Below are positions 1 to 8,427 of a DNA stretch of 11,344 bases, one piece after another. A model generated the notes under the pieces. The model ran no database searches. It saw only the letters and a list, made by a program, of their open reading frames with translations, and had not been told where the DNA came from. This DNA comes from Vulcanimicrobiota bacterium. GTDB lineage: Bacteria; Vulcanimicrobiota; Vulcanimicrobiia; Vulcanimicrobiales; Vulcanimicrobiaceae. The position numbers were made by a program, and so were the translations under genes. The stretch spans positions 1 through 11,344 of the forward strand of contig PKZK01000089.1 in NCBI GenBank assembly GCA_003133025.1. The letters are read 5' to 3'. Positions within the stretch are counted from its first letter, which is position 1; each line of letters opens with the position of its first letter.

Positions 1-1230
1 GTCGGCGACATCGAATCGCTGCCCTTCCTCGAAGCCATCCGTCACGTGCGTTACGACGTCGGCGACGAGAACGTGATGTTCGTGCATCTCACCCTGATGC
101 CGCATCTGGGCGCCGCGGGCGAACTCAAGACCAAGCCCACGCAGCATTCGGTGCGCGAGTTGCGCGCCATCGGCATCTCGCCCGACGCGATCGTCGTGCG
201 GACCAACTCCGAAGAGAAGATTCCCTACGAACTCAAAGAGAAGATCGGGCTGTTCTGCGACGTGCCGCCGAGCAACGTGGTGCAAAACGGTGACGCCTCG
301 ACGATTTACCGCGTGCCGCTCAACCTCGAGAGCGAAGGGTTGGCCGAGGCGGTGATCCGGCGTCTCAAGCTCGAGACCGACCCGCTCGACCTCGAAGAGT
401 GGGCCGCGATGGTCGAGCGCATCGAGAATCCCAGCCGTCGCGTGAAGATCGCGCTGGTCGGAAAATACGTCGAACTCAAGGACGCCTACATCTCGATCAT
501 CGAGGCGCTCAACCACGCGGGCGTGCACCACGACGCGCGCGTCGAGATCAAGCGCATCGATTCCGAAGTCGTCGAGAACTCGGGCACGAGCGTGCTCCAC
601 GGGGTCGACGGGATTTTGGTGGCGCCGGGCTTCGGTTCGCGCGGGGTCAAGGGCAAGCTGCGTGCGATCCAATTCGCTCGCGAGCAGCGCATCCCGTTCC
701 TGGGCATCTGCTTCGGCATGCAGTTGGCCTGCGTCGAATTCGCGCGCAACGTCTGCGGTTTGCCCGGGGCGATGACGACCGAAGTCGAGGAAGCCACGCC
801 CGATCCGGTGATCGACTTCATCCCCGAACAGCGCAATCTCGAATTGCTCGGCGGCACGATGCGCCTAGGCGCGTACGATTGCCGGCTCGAGCCCAACACG
901 CTCGCGGCGCGCGCCTACGGCGAACTGGACGTGACCGAGCGCCATCGCCACCGCTACGAATTCAACAACCGCTACAAGCGGCTGTTCGAAGAGCACGGCC
1001 TCGTCTTCTCCGGACATCACGTGACGGGGCGTTCGACCCTCGTCGAGTGCATCGAACTCTCGCCTGCGTTGCATCCTTGGTTCGTGGGCACGCAGGCGCA
1101 TCCCGAATTCGCCTCGCGCCCCACGCGCCCGTCGCCGCTATATCGCGATTTCATAGGAGCGGCACTCGCCCACGGCCGCCTCCGGGAACGAGACGGAGCC
1201 GAGGCGGCTCCGATCGCTTCGCAAACCTGA
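1..1230 (+). CDS. pyrG: CTP synthase (5'-truncated by window edge)
   Basis: Frame open from base 1: VGDIESLPFLEAIR, ELKTKPTQHSV, IALVGKYVEL-DAY-SI, glutaminase nucleophile GICFGMQ, GGTMRLG, ERHRHRYEFN, HPE triad. TGA at 1228-1230. Confidence 0.98.
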   Translation, partial: VGDIESLPFLEAIRHVRYDVGDENVMFVHLTLMPHLGAAGELKTKPTQHSVRELRAIGISPDAIVVRTNSEEKIPYELKEKIGLFCDVPPSNVVQNGDASTIYRVPLNLESEGLAEAVIRRLKLETDPLDLEEWAAMVERIENPSRRVKIALVGKYVELKDAYISIIEALNHAGVHHDARVEIKRIDSEVVENSGTSVLHGVDGILVAPGFGSRGVKGKLRAIQFAREQRIPFLGICFGMQLACVEFARNVCGLPGAMTTEVEEATPDPVIDFIPEQRNLELLGGTMRLGAYDCRLEPNTLAARAYGELDVTERHRHRYEFNNRYKRLFEEHGLVFSGHHVTGRSTLVECIELSPALHPWFVGTQAHPEFASRPTRPSPLYRDFIGAALAHGRLRERDGAEAAPIASQT

Positions 1231-1982
1231 ATCCGAAAGACGTCACGTTCGTCGTCTTGACCAAAAACGAGGCGGCGAACCTGACCCGGGTGTTGGATAG
1301 CGTCCCGGAGGGCTCGCCGATTCTGGTGCTCGACGCGGACTCGGTCGACGACACGCAAGCGTTGGCCCGCGCGCGCGGCGCGGAGGTGATCGTGCGCGAG
1401 TGGGCGGGCTTCGTAGAATCACGGCGCTTCGCGCTCGCGCACGTCCGCACGGCGTGGACGTTCATGCTCGATGCCGACGAGACGCTCGACGCCGACCTGC
1501 GCCGCTCGATCGCGCTGGCCGCGCCCGACCCGCAAACGGCGGGTTACGTCATGCGTAGGACGACGTTCTTTTGCGGCCGGCCGATCGTCGGTTGCGGCTG
1601 GGGCGACGAGGCGCCGCTGCGTCTCTTTCGCACGGCGAACGCGCGGCTCGTGCCGCGTCCGGCCGGCGGCGGCCAAGCCGACGTGCACGAAGAGTGGCAG
1701 GTCGACGGCGCCCCCGGCAGGCTCGAGGGCACGCTGCTACACGATTCCTATCCGACCGTCGCCGCCTATTGGGCCAAGTTCGATCGTTACACGAGCATCG
1801 AGGCCAAGGGCCTCGAGCCCTCGGGCTTGCGTTCCCTGCTGACGCCGCTGATCGCACTCGTCCGGCTTCCCTGGTTGTTCTTCGTGAAACGTGGCTATCT
1901 CGACGGATGGCGCGGCGCGATCATCGCCACCGGCTCGGCGGTGTATCCGGTCGCCGTGCTCCTGAAGGCCGCGCGGCGCTGA
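1227..1982 (+). CDS. Family 2 glycosyltransferase, WaaE/KdtX-like beta-1,4-glucosyltransferase type; start inferred at CTG 1227
   Basis: VVLTKNEAANL, D-S-D-T (DADSVDDT), LDADE (DxD), VHE, LLHDSY, KFDRYT, RGYLDG-RG are hallmarks of this GT2 subfamily. The upstream part of the 399..1982 ORF is only a pyrG shadow. The start position is less certain than the product. Confidence 0.9.
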   Translation: MNPKDVTFVVLTKNEAANLTRVLDSVPEGSPILVLDADSVDDTQALARARGAEVIVREWAGFVESRRFALAHVRTAWTFMLDADETLDADLRRSIALAAPDPQTAGYVMRRTTFFCGRPIVGCGWGDEAPLRLFRTANARLVPRPAGGGQADVHEEWQVDGAPGRLEGTLLHDSYPTVAAYWAKFDRYTSIEAKGLEPSGLRSLLTPLIALVRLPWLFFVKRGYLDGWRGAIIATGSAVYPVAVLLKAARR

Positions 1983-3019
1983 GCGAGTCCGGGCGTCCGG
2001 ACGTCGCTCTCGACGTCCCGCGGACGCGGCATCTCTCGGTCGGGATGCAGACGTACGTCGACGAACTCGCCGCGCGCTTGCCGCGCGTCGCGCCGGATTT
2101 GCACTTCGCGTTCTTTCCGCGCGGCCGCACGCTCTCGCCGGGCGAGCAAACCGCCGTGCCTTGGCGGTTGTGGCGTGCCGGCGCGCGCATGGTGCACTTT
2201 CCCTCGCCGTACGCGCCGTTGCTCGCGCCGCGGCCGTATGCGGTCACGGTGCACGATCTGATTCACCTGCGCTTTCCCGAGCATTTCAAGGTGACCGTCG
2301 GGCCGTACTATGCGACGGTGGTGCGCGCGGTTTGCGCGGGCGCCGCACGGGTCATCACCGACGACCCGCGCACGGTTCCCGACCTCGAACGTTTTCTGGG
2401 CGTGCCGGCCGCGAAGGTGCGCGTGGTGCCGCTCGGCGCGAGCGAGCTCTTCATGCGCGACGGCATCCGGCCCGAACGCGCGACGCGGCCGTATTTTCTC
2501 TACGCCGGCAACCATCGCGCGCACAAGGACCTGGCCACGCTCTTCGCCGCATGGGCCGCGCTGCCGCCGGGCCTCGACGTCGACCTCTGTCTCACCGGCC
2601 ACGACGATCTGCTCGCGGGCAGCGTCCGACCCCGGCGCGACCGCGCCGAGTTACGTTTTCTGGGCAACGTCGGCGGGGAGCGCCTCGCCGAACTCTATGC
2701 GGGTACGCTGGCCTTGGTCTATCCCTCGCTGTGTGAGGGCTTCGGCCTGCCGATGCTCGAAGCCGCGGCGACCGGCGCGCGGGTGATCGCCAGCACCTCG
2801 GCCGTGCCGTTCTCGCTCGCGCCGTACGTCGAGACGTTCGAACCGGGCGACGTGCGCCGGCTACTCGGGCTGATGACCGCGGCCGCGCGAAACGAGAACG
2901 GCGATGCAAGGCCGAAGCAGGAGGCGCAACGCTTCGCGCGGTCGCAAACTTGGGACCGTTGCGCGCTGGCCACGGCCGAGGTGTACCGGGAAATCTTGCA
3001 GGCGAAGTCATCGAGATGA
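1979..3019 (+). CDS. Family 4 (GT-B, retaining) glycosyltransferase, MtfB/WbdB-like; start inferred at CTG 1979 (alternative ATG 2045)
   Basis: VALD...VGMQTYVDEL N-terminus, VTVHDLIHLRFP, YFLYAGNHRAHKDL, ALVYPSLCEGFGLPMLEAAATG (EX7E motif), TWDRCA-AT-EVY C-terminal helix. Confidence 0.92.
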   Translation: MSESGRPDVALDVPRTRHLSVGMQTYVDELAARLPRVAPDLHFAFFPRGRTLSPGEQTAVPWRLWRAGARMVHFPSPYAPLLAPRPYAVTVHDLIHLRFPEHFKVTVGPYYATVVRAVCAGAARVITDDPRTVPDLERFLGVPAAKVRVVPLGASELFMRDGIRPERATRPYFLYAGNHRAHKDLATLFAAWAALPPGLDVDLCLTGHDDLLAGSVRPRRDRAELRFLGNVGGERLAELYAGTLALVYPSLCEGFGLPMLEAAATGARVIASTSAVPFSLAPYVETFEPGDVRRLLGLMTAAARNENGDARPKQEAQRFARSQTWDRCALATAEVYREILQAKSSR

Positions 3020-4596
3020 GACGCGTCGTTCGCAGCCTAGCCGGGCTCGCGCTGGGTGCTGCCCTCATCGCTCCGGCGCTCGCGGCTACGTCGCCCGCGC
3101 CCACGTCCACGCCCGGCGTGGAGAATCCCATCCGGGTCATCGCGCTCGTGGTCAACGGCGCGGTCGTGCAGACCGATACGCCGCCGCGCGTCGAGGACGG
3201 CCGTCTGCTCGTTCCGTTACGCGCGGTGCTCGATGCGCTGGGCCTCTTCGTGGCCCGCTCGGGCTCGTCCATATCGATCAAGCTGCCGTCGGGAAGCGTC
3301 GCGTTGACGGTAGGCAGCAATCGCGTGCTGGTCGACGGCAAGGACTATGCGCTCGACGCGCCCGTGCTGGATTTCGACGGGAGCACCTACGCGCCGCTGC
3401 AACTGCTCAAGGTCGCGCTGGGCGCGAACGCGACCTACGATCAACGCGGCGCGAAAGTCACGATCGTCACCGCGCTGATCGGCCGGGCGGCCGGAGCCGA
3501 AGAACAGCGCTCCGACGGCGGCACGACGGTCAACGGGACCATCGCGGCCATCGACGCGAACTCGATTCCGCCCGCGGTGACGGTGACGCTCGGCGCCCAG
3601 GCGCGCACCATCTCGATCAATTCCGACGCGCGCATCACGGTCGAAGACGTGACCGTGCATTCGCAGGTGAAGGCCACGCTCGCCGACCTGCGCATCGGCG
3701 ACCGCATCGCGGTGCGTTTGACCAAAGACGGTCGGGTGCTCGACATCGCCGACTTCTATAGTTCCGACAGCGGCACGTTGAGCGCGGTCTCGCCGCTTGC
3801 GGTCGTGCTGCAAAACGGCAAGGTCGTTCAGCCCGGGCGCGGTTCGGAGATCACGCTGAACGGAACGAGCGTCGGGCTCGGCGACTTACGCGTCGGCGAC
3901 TTCGTCACGGTGCGGCGCAATCCGGAGACCGGCGAAATCCGCCAGATCAGCGCCTCGCGCGCCGCCGCGGCGGCGGTATCGGCCTCTGCCGCGCCGGCCG
4001 GCGCTTCGGCCGCGCCGGTCGAAGTCAAGAGTTTCACGATCACCGCGACACGCCCGCTGCGCGCGGGCGAAAGCTTCGACGTGGTGCTCGTCGGCACGCC
4101 GGGCGGACGCGCCGCCTTCGATATCGGCGAGTACGTCACCGACATCGCGCTGCACGAGACGTCGCCGGGCACCTATCGCGCGAGCTTCACGATCCCGGAC
4201 CGCTTCAACGTGACGCAGGTACCGGTCTACGGTCACCTCAGCGTCAACGGCACGATCGCGCCGCGCGCCGAAGCGCCGGCGACGCTGTCGGCGGCGACCA
4301 TACCGCCGCAGATTCCGGAAGTCGCGCCGCCGCCGGGCGAATCGGTCAACAACGTGCGGCCCAGCATCTACGCCACCTTCGTCGCGCCGAGTTCGATCGC
4401 GATCAATGCCTCGAGCGTCACGCTGAGCGTCAACGGCCACGACGTGACCTCGGCGGCGACGCGGACCTCGAGCTTCATCACCTATCGCCCGGGCGTCGAT
4501 CTGCCGCGCGGCGAGGTCGACGTCACCGTCAAGGTCACCGACGCCGCGGGCAATACGGCGTCGCGCAGTTGGACCTTCACGATCGGCTCGAAATGA
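3016..4596 (+). CDS. Secreted/surface protein: signal peptide, copper amine oxidase N-terminal-like (stalk) domain, two tandem small beta-barrel-like repeats, C-terminal Ig-like domain
   Basis: ATG 3016 overlaps the GT4 stop (ATGA). MRRVVRSLAGLALGAALIAPALA signal peptide; VVNG..PPRVEDGRLLVPLRAVLDALG and GSTYAPLQLL-ALGA fit the Cu amine oxidase N-terminal pattern; repeated L-DLR-GD motif; ends in Ig-like VTVKVTDAAGNTASRSWTFTI. Confidence 0.82.
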   Translation: MRRVVRSLAGLALGAALIAPALAATSPAPTSTPGVENPIRVIALVVNGAVVQTDTPPRVEDGRLLVPLRAVLDALGLFVARSGSSISIKLPSGSVALTVGSNRVLVDGKDYALDAPVLDFDGSTYAPLQLLKVALGANATYDQRGAKVTIVTALIGRAAGAEEQRSDGGTTVNGTIAAIDANSIPPAVTVTLGAQARTISINSDARITVEDVTVHSQVKATLADLRIGDRIAVRLTKDGRVLDIADFYSSDSGTLSAVSPLAVVLQNGKVVQPGRGSEITLNGTSVGLGDLRVGDFVTVRRNPETGEIRQISASRAAAAAVSASAAPAGASAAPVEVKSFTITATRPLRAGESFDVVLVGTPGGRAAFDIGEYVTDIALHETSPGTYRASFTIPDRFNVTQVPVYGHLSVNGTIAPRAEAPATLSAATIPPQIPEVAPPPGESVNNVRPSIYATFVAPSSIAINASSVTLSVNGHDVTSAATRTSSFITYRPGVDLPRGEVDVTVKVTDAAGNTASRSWTFTIGSK

Positions 4597-4955
4597 GCGA
4601 CGCTCGCGACGAGGCCGCCGAGTGCATCTTTTGCCGCATCGTGCGCGGCGAGATCCCCTCGCAGGAGGTCGCGCGCACGGCCGAAGCCTATGCCTTTCGC
4701 GACCTGAATCCCCAAGCGCCGACGCACGTGCTCGTCGTGCCGGTGCGCCACGCGGCGAACTTGGGCGACTTCGTGGCCGCGGCCGAACGCGACGAGGTGG
4801 GTCACGTGTTGGCCCTGGCCTCGCAAATCGGGCGCGAGGCCTCACCCGGCGGCTACCGCGTGGTGATCAACGAGGGCGTCGACGGCGGTCAAACCGTGCA
4901 CCACCTGCACCTGCACGTTCTGGCCGGCCGCGCCCTGACGTGGCCGCCGGGGTAG
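4593..4955 (+). CDS. hinT: Histidine triad (HIT/HinT) nucleotide-binding protein
   Basis: ATG 4593 overlaps the previous stop (ATGA). CIFCRI, AFRDLNPQAPTHVLVVP, GGQTVHHLHLHVLAGR (HxHxH), C-terminal WPPG. Confidence 0.95.
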   Translation: MSDARDEAAECIFCRIVRGEIPSQEVARTAEAYAFRDLNPQAPTHVLVVPVRHAANLGDFVAAAERDEVGHVLALASQIGREASPGGYRVVINEGVDGGQTVHHLHLHVLAGRALTWPPG

Positions 4956-4980
4956 GCCGGCCCAAGCCGTCCGTAAGAAA

Positions 4981-5009
4981 TTGACGGCCTAACCCTGCTG
5001 TGCTAGTAT
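4981..5009 (+). promoter_or_regulatory. Sigma70/SigA-type promoter for the rpsU operon
   Basis: TTGACG (4981-4986), 17-nt spacer ending in TGTGc (extended -10), TAGTAT (5004-5009); A-rich stretch just upstream of the -35. Confidence 0.75.
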
Positions 5010-5070
5010 TCGACGGTTGTCGGCCGGTTCGACCGGCTGCCGCATCTTGCTGCGCGTCCCGCGCAGGCCG

Positions 5071-5080
5071 AAGGGGGGGA
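5071..5080 (+). promoter_or_regulatory. Shine-Dalgarno site for rpsU
   Basis: AAGGGGGGGA ending 7 nt before ATG 5088. Confidence 0.65.
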
Positions 5081-5087
5081 TCGTTCC

Positions 5088-5258
5088 ATGGAAGTCCGCG
5101 TCGCACCGGGGGAAACCATCGAGAGTGCACTGCGCCGCTTCAAGAAGGCCACCCAAAAGGCCGGCGTCCTCGCCGAGGCTCGCAAACACGAGCATTACGA
5201 GAAGCCGAGCGTCCGCCGCAAGAAGAAGTCGGCCGCCGCGCGCAAGCGCCGGGCCTAA
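5088..5258 (+). CDS. rpsU: 30S ribosomal protein S21 (56 aa; absent from ORF track)
   Basis: Manual translation [56 protein letters not shown] carries the ALRRFK and YEKPS-RK signatures. Confidence 0.97.
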   Translation: MEVRVAPGETIESALRRFKKATQKAGVLAEARKHEHYEKPSVRRKKKSAAARKRRA

Positions 5259-5262
5259 GCGC

Positions 5263-5709
5263 CTGACGCTCAAAGAGCGGATCGCCGCCGAACTCAAAGA
5301 GGCGATGAAAGAGAAGGACCGGGCGCGGACGGAGACGTTGCGCTCGGTGCTTTCCGCATTCTCGTACAAGCGCATCGAGGCCGGGCGCGAACTCGAGGAG
5401 GCCGAGCAGGTTGACGTGGTGCGCAAGCAAGTCAAGCAGCGCAACGACTCGATCGCCGAATTCCGCAAAGGCAATCGCGAAGATCTCGCGGCCAAGGAAG
5501 AGGCCGAACGCGACATTCTGGCCGCCCTTTTGCCGCCGCAGAAGTCCGCGGACGACATCCGTCCGGCGGTCCGCGCCGCAATCGACGCGCTGCCGCCCGA
5601 CCAGCGGAACCAGGGCGCGGTCATGAAGACCGTGATGCCGCAGTTCAAGGGCGAGGCCGACGGCGGCCTGATCCGGCAACTCGTGCTCGAGGAGCTGGCG
5701 CGCACCTGA
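5263..5709 (+). CDS. yqeY: GatB/YqeY domain protein; start inferred at CTG 5263
   Basis: (M)TLKERIAAELKEAMKEKD, KQVKQRNDSIAEFRKGNREDLAAKEEAE, LP-Q-S, GAVMKTVMPQFKGEADG; classic position downstream of rpsU. Confidence 0.92.
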   Translation: MTLKERIAAELKEAMKEKDRARTETLRSVLSAFSYKRIEAGRELEEAEQVDVVRKQVKQRNDSIAEFRKGNREDLAAKEEAERDILAALLPPQKSADDIRPAVRAAIDALPPDQRNQGAVMKTVMPQFKGEADGGLIRQLVLEELART

Positions 5710-5758
5710 GGCAGTCGCCGGGGCGCAACTTCCGCGGCCGCTCCCGGTACCTGGCCGC

Positions 5759-7066
5759 ATGAGATTTTCGCTTCGCCTCGTGCTCTGTTGCGTGGCGATG
5801 CTTTGCGGGCTCGCGGGGCTCGCCGGCGCCGCCGCTACGCCGGCTTCGGCCGGTCACCAGATCATCGTCGTACCCATCGAAGGCACCGTCGACGAAGGCA
5901 TGGCCCATTTGGTCGAACGCGCCGTCGCTCGCGCCGACGCCGAAGGCGCCGAAGCGCTCGTGCTCGACGTGAATACGCCCGGCGGCCTCGTCGCCTCGGC
6001 CTTCGAGATTCGCGACGCGCTGCTCTCGGCCAAGGTGCCGACGGTGGCCTTCGTTTCGCGACGGGCTTATTCGGCCGGTGCCCTGATCTCGCTCGCCGCC
6101 AAGAAGATCGTGATGGAGCCCGGCTCGAGCATCGGCGCCGCCGAACCGATCCCCAACGACCCCAAGCACGTCGCCGGGCTACGCTCGGAATTCAAAGCGA
6201 CGGCCGAACGAAACGGTCGCGACGTGACCCTGGCCCAAGCGATGGTCGATAAGAACGTCGACGCCTCGGAATACAAGAAGAGCGGCGCGATCCTCTCGCT
6301 GAGCGCGCAAGACGCGGTGCGGGCCAAGATCGCCGACGCGCTCGCGCCCGATCTCGACGCCGCGGTGAAAGCCGCCGGCCTCGCACCGGCGCACTACAGC
6401 AACGTCGACTACACCTTCGGCGAACAGCTCGCGCGCTTCGCCACGAATCCCGAGGTCAGCGGCCTGCTGCTCAGCCTGGGCGTGCTGGGCCTGCTGATCG
6501 AGATGCAGACGTTGCACGGCATCGCCGGCTTCATCGGCGTCGGCGCGCTCGCGCTCTTCTTCGGGACGCACGTCTACTCCGGATTCTCCGACGGCTTCGT
6601 GATCGCGCTCGCGCTAGCCGGCGTCATCGGCATCCTGCTCGAACTGCACGTCATTCCCGGACACGGAGTGGCCGGCGTGCTCGGTGCGGTCGCGCTGTTC
6701 GCGGCGGTGGTGCTGGCCTTCGGGCCGGCGTTCTTCTTCGTGGCCGTGCAGGCGATCTCGATTGCGATCGTGCTCTCGGTCGCCACCTTCTGGCTGACGT
6801 CGCGCGCCTTCCCCGAGAATGCCTTCATGAAGCGCTTGACGTTCACCGCCGCGCAAGGTCCGGACTACGTCGCCAGCACCGACCGGCGCGGCCTCGTTGG
6901 GCTTGCGGGCGTGGCCGCTTCGTACTTACGTCCGGCCGGCGTGGCCAGCGTCGACGGACACCGTGTCGACGTGCTGACCGAAGGCGACTTCGTCGCGGCG
7001 GGGTCGCCGATTCGCGTCACTCGGGTCGAAGGCGCGCGCGTCTTCGTTGAGCCCATCAAGGAGTAG
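5759..7066 (+). CDS. nfeD: Long-form NfeD (YqeZ-like) membrane-bound ClpP-class serine protease domain protein
   Basis: Signal peptide; [24 protein letters not shown] (catalytic Ser), [16 protein letters not shown]; several TM helices; C-terminal OB fold LRPAG...[11 protein letters not shown]...[12 protein letters not shown]. Confidence 0.93.
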   Translation: MRFSLRLVLCCVAMLCGLAGLAGAAATPASAGHQIIVVPIEGTVDEGMAHLVERAVARADAEGAEALVLDVNTPGGLVASAFEIRDALLSAKVPTVAFVSRRAYSAGALISLAAKKIVMEPGSSIGAAEPIPNDPKHVAGLRSEFKATAERNGRDVTLAQAMVDKNVDASEYKKSGAILSLSAQDAVRAKIADALAPDLDAAVKAAGLAPAHYSNVDYTFGEQLARFATNPEVSGLLLSLGVLGLLIEMQTLHGIAGFIGVGALALFFGTHVYSGFSDGFVIALALAGVIGILLELHVIPGHGVAGVLGAVALFAAVVLAFGPAFFFVAVQAISIAIVLSVATFWLTSRAFPENAFMKRLTFTAAQGPDYVASTDRRGLVGLAGVAASYLRPAGVASVDGHRVDVLTEGDFVAAGSPIRVTRVEGARVFVEPIKE

Positions 7067-7068
7067 GG

Positions 7069-8076
7069 ATGTTTTTCGTCAGCACGGTCGTTCTCGTCGC
7101 GGTCATCGTCGGGCTGTTTTTGTTCCTGTACTATTTCCCGCTCGGATTGTGGATTCGCACGATCGCCGCGGGCGTTCCGCTGTCGATGGCGGCCCTGATC
7201 CGCATGCGGCTAATCGGCATTCAGCCGGGCGTGATCGTGACCAATCTCGTGCGCTCGCGCAAGGCCGGCCTCGATCTCACCGTCGACCAAATGCAATCGC
7301 ACTATCTGGCGGGCGGCAACGTCGAGAAGGTGACGCTGGCCATGATCGCCGCGCAACGAGCCGAAATTCCGCTCACCTGGCAACGAGCGTCGGCGATCGA
7401 TCTCGCCGGTCGCGACGTGCTCGATGCGCTGGTTACCTCGGTCAATCCCAAGGTGATCGAAACGCCCATCTTTCAGGGCGTCGCGCAGAACGGCATCCAG
7501 CTCAACGTCAAGGCACGTATTACCGTGCGCACCAACCTGGATAGTTACGTCGGCGGCGCGGGCGAGCCGACGATCGTGGCGCGCGTCGGCGAAGGCGTCG
7601 TCTCGGCGATCGGCGGCGCGCTCGATCACAAGGAAGTGCTCGAGTATCCCGATCGCATCTCGAAGGCCGTCTTGGCCAAAGGGCTCGACGCTGGCACCGC
7701 GTTTCAAATCGTCTCGATCGACATCGCCGACGTCGACGTCGGGAAGAATATCGGCGCGGAACTGCAGACCGCGCAAGCCGAAGCCGACCGGCGCATCGCG
7801 CAAGCCAAAGCGGCCGAGCGCCAGTATAGCGCGCTGGCTGCCGAGCAAGAGCAGAAAGCCGAAACGCAAGCCATGCGCGCCAAGGTCGTGGAAGCCGAAG
7901 CGCAAATTCCCGAAGCGATCGCCGCGGCGTTCCGCAGCGGTAACCTGGGCGTGATGGATTACTACAAGCTCAACAACATCAAGGCGGATACCGAAATGCG
8001 CGGAGCGATCTCGACCGGCGTCACGCCGCCCGAGCAGGGCGGCGGCACCCCGCCGCTGCAGCCGCCCAAGCCGTAG
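7069..8076 (+). CDS. floA: Flotillin-like protein FloA (YqfA, SPFH superfamily)
   Basis: SD AAGGAG at 7058-7063; N-terminal [88 protein letters not shown]. Confidence 0.96.
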   Translation: MFFVSTVVLVAVIVGLFLFLYYFPLGLWIRTIAAGVPLSMAALIRMRLIGIQPGVIVTNLVRSRKAGLDLTVDQMQSHYLAGGNVEKVTLAMIAAQRAEIPLTWQRASAIDLAGRDVLDALVTSVNPKVIETPIFQGVAQNGIQLNVKARITVRTNLDSYVGGAGEPTIVARVGEGVVSAIGGALDHKEVLEYPDRISKAVLAKGLDAGTAFQIVSIDIADVDVGKNIGAELQTAQAEADRRIAQAKAAERQYSALAAEQEQKAETQAMRAKVVEAEAQIPEAIAAAFRSGNLGVMDYYKLNNIKADTEMRGAISTGVTPPEQGGGTPPLQPPKP

Positions 8077-8088
8077 CGCCGTTTCAGC

Positions 8089-8427
8089 ATGGAAGAAGTC
8101 GGTGCGCTGATCCTCGAGTTGTTCAAGAGCGCGGCAAAGGCGAAGGATTCGCGCACGAGCGGGGAGCCGGCGAGCGCGATGCTCCGCCGGATCCTCCTCG
8201 GCGAGCAGGCAGCTCCGCCGCCGGTCGACCCGCCGGCTCCGCCGGATACAAAGCCTGCGACGCGACCGGCCCCGGCCCCGGTACCTGCGCCGCCGGGAGC
8301 GCCGGTTCACGTCGCGCCGTCGCCGCTGCTCGCCGATTTTCACCAGCCGCAGCGTTTTCTGGCAGCGTTCGTCCTCGCCGAAGCCCTCGGGCCGCCGGTC
8401 GCGTTCAAGGGTCACGGTCCTGGCTGA
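8089..8427 (+). CDS. Small Pro-rich hypothetical protein, positional YqfB equivalent
   Basis: Fills the floA-phoH gap; Pro/Ala linker; C-terminal LAAFVLAEALGPPVA resembles the (I/L)xxE(I/L)LGPP motif recalled for proteins encoded after floA. Confidence 0.7.
   Translation: MEEVGALILELFKSAAKAKDSRTSGEPASAMLRRILLGEQAAPPPVDPPAPPDTKPATRPAPAPVPAPPGAPVHVAPSPLLADFHQPQRFLAAFVLAEALGPPVAFKGHGPG

Noticed and set aside
1194..1212. 8-bp hairpin CGGAGCCG-agg-CGGCTCCG near the pyrG end
   Set aside because: Inside the coding sequence with no U-tract, and the next gene overlaps, so it is not a terminator; such stems are expected at this GC content.
399..1226. Long N-terminal extension of the 527-aa GT2 ORF
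   Set aside because: Arg/Ala-rich off-frame shadow of pyrG; GT2 similarity begins only after 1227.
1571..1978. N-terminal extension of the 482-aa GT4 ORF
   Set aside because: Overlaps the GT2 gene and has low-complexity Arg-rich shadow composition.
5021..5039. GGTTCGA resembling a tRNA T-arm
   Set aside because: No acceptor stem, D-arm, anticodon arm or CCA around it; kept only as part of the rpsU leader finding.
5000..5266. 88-aa ORF overlapping rpsU and ending in the CTGA at the yqeY start
   Set aside because: Its GTG lies inside the promoter's extended -10 region, and it overlaps the clearly real rpsU in another frame.
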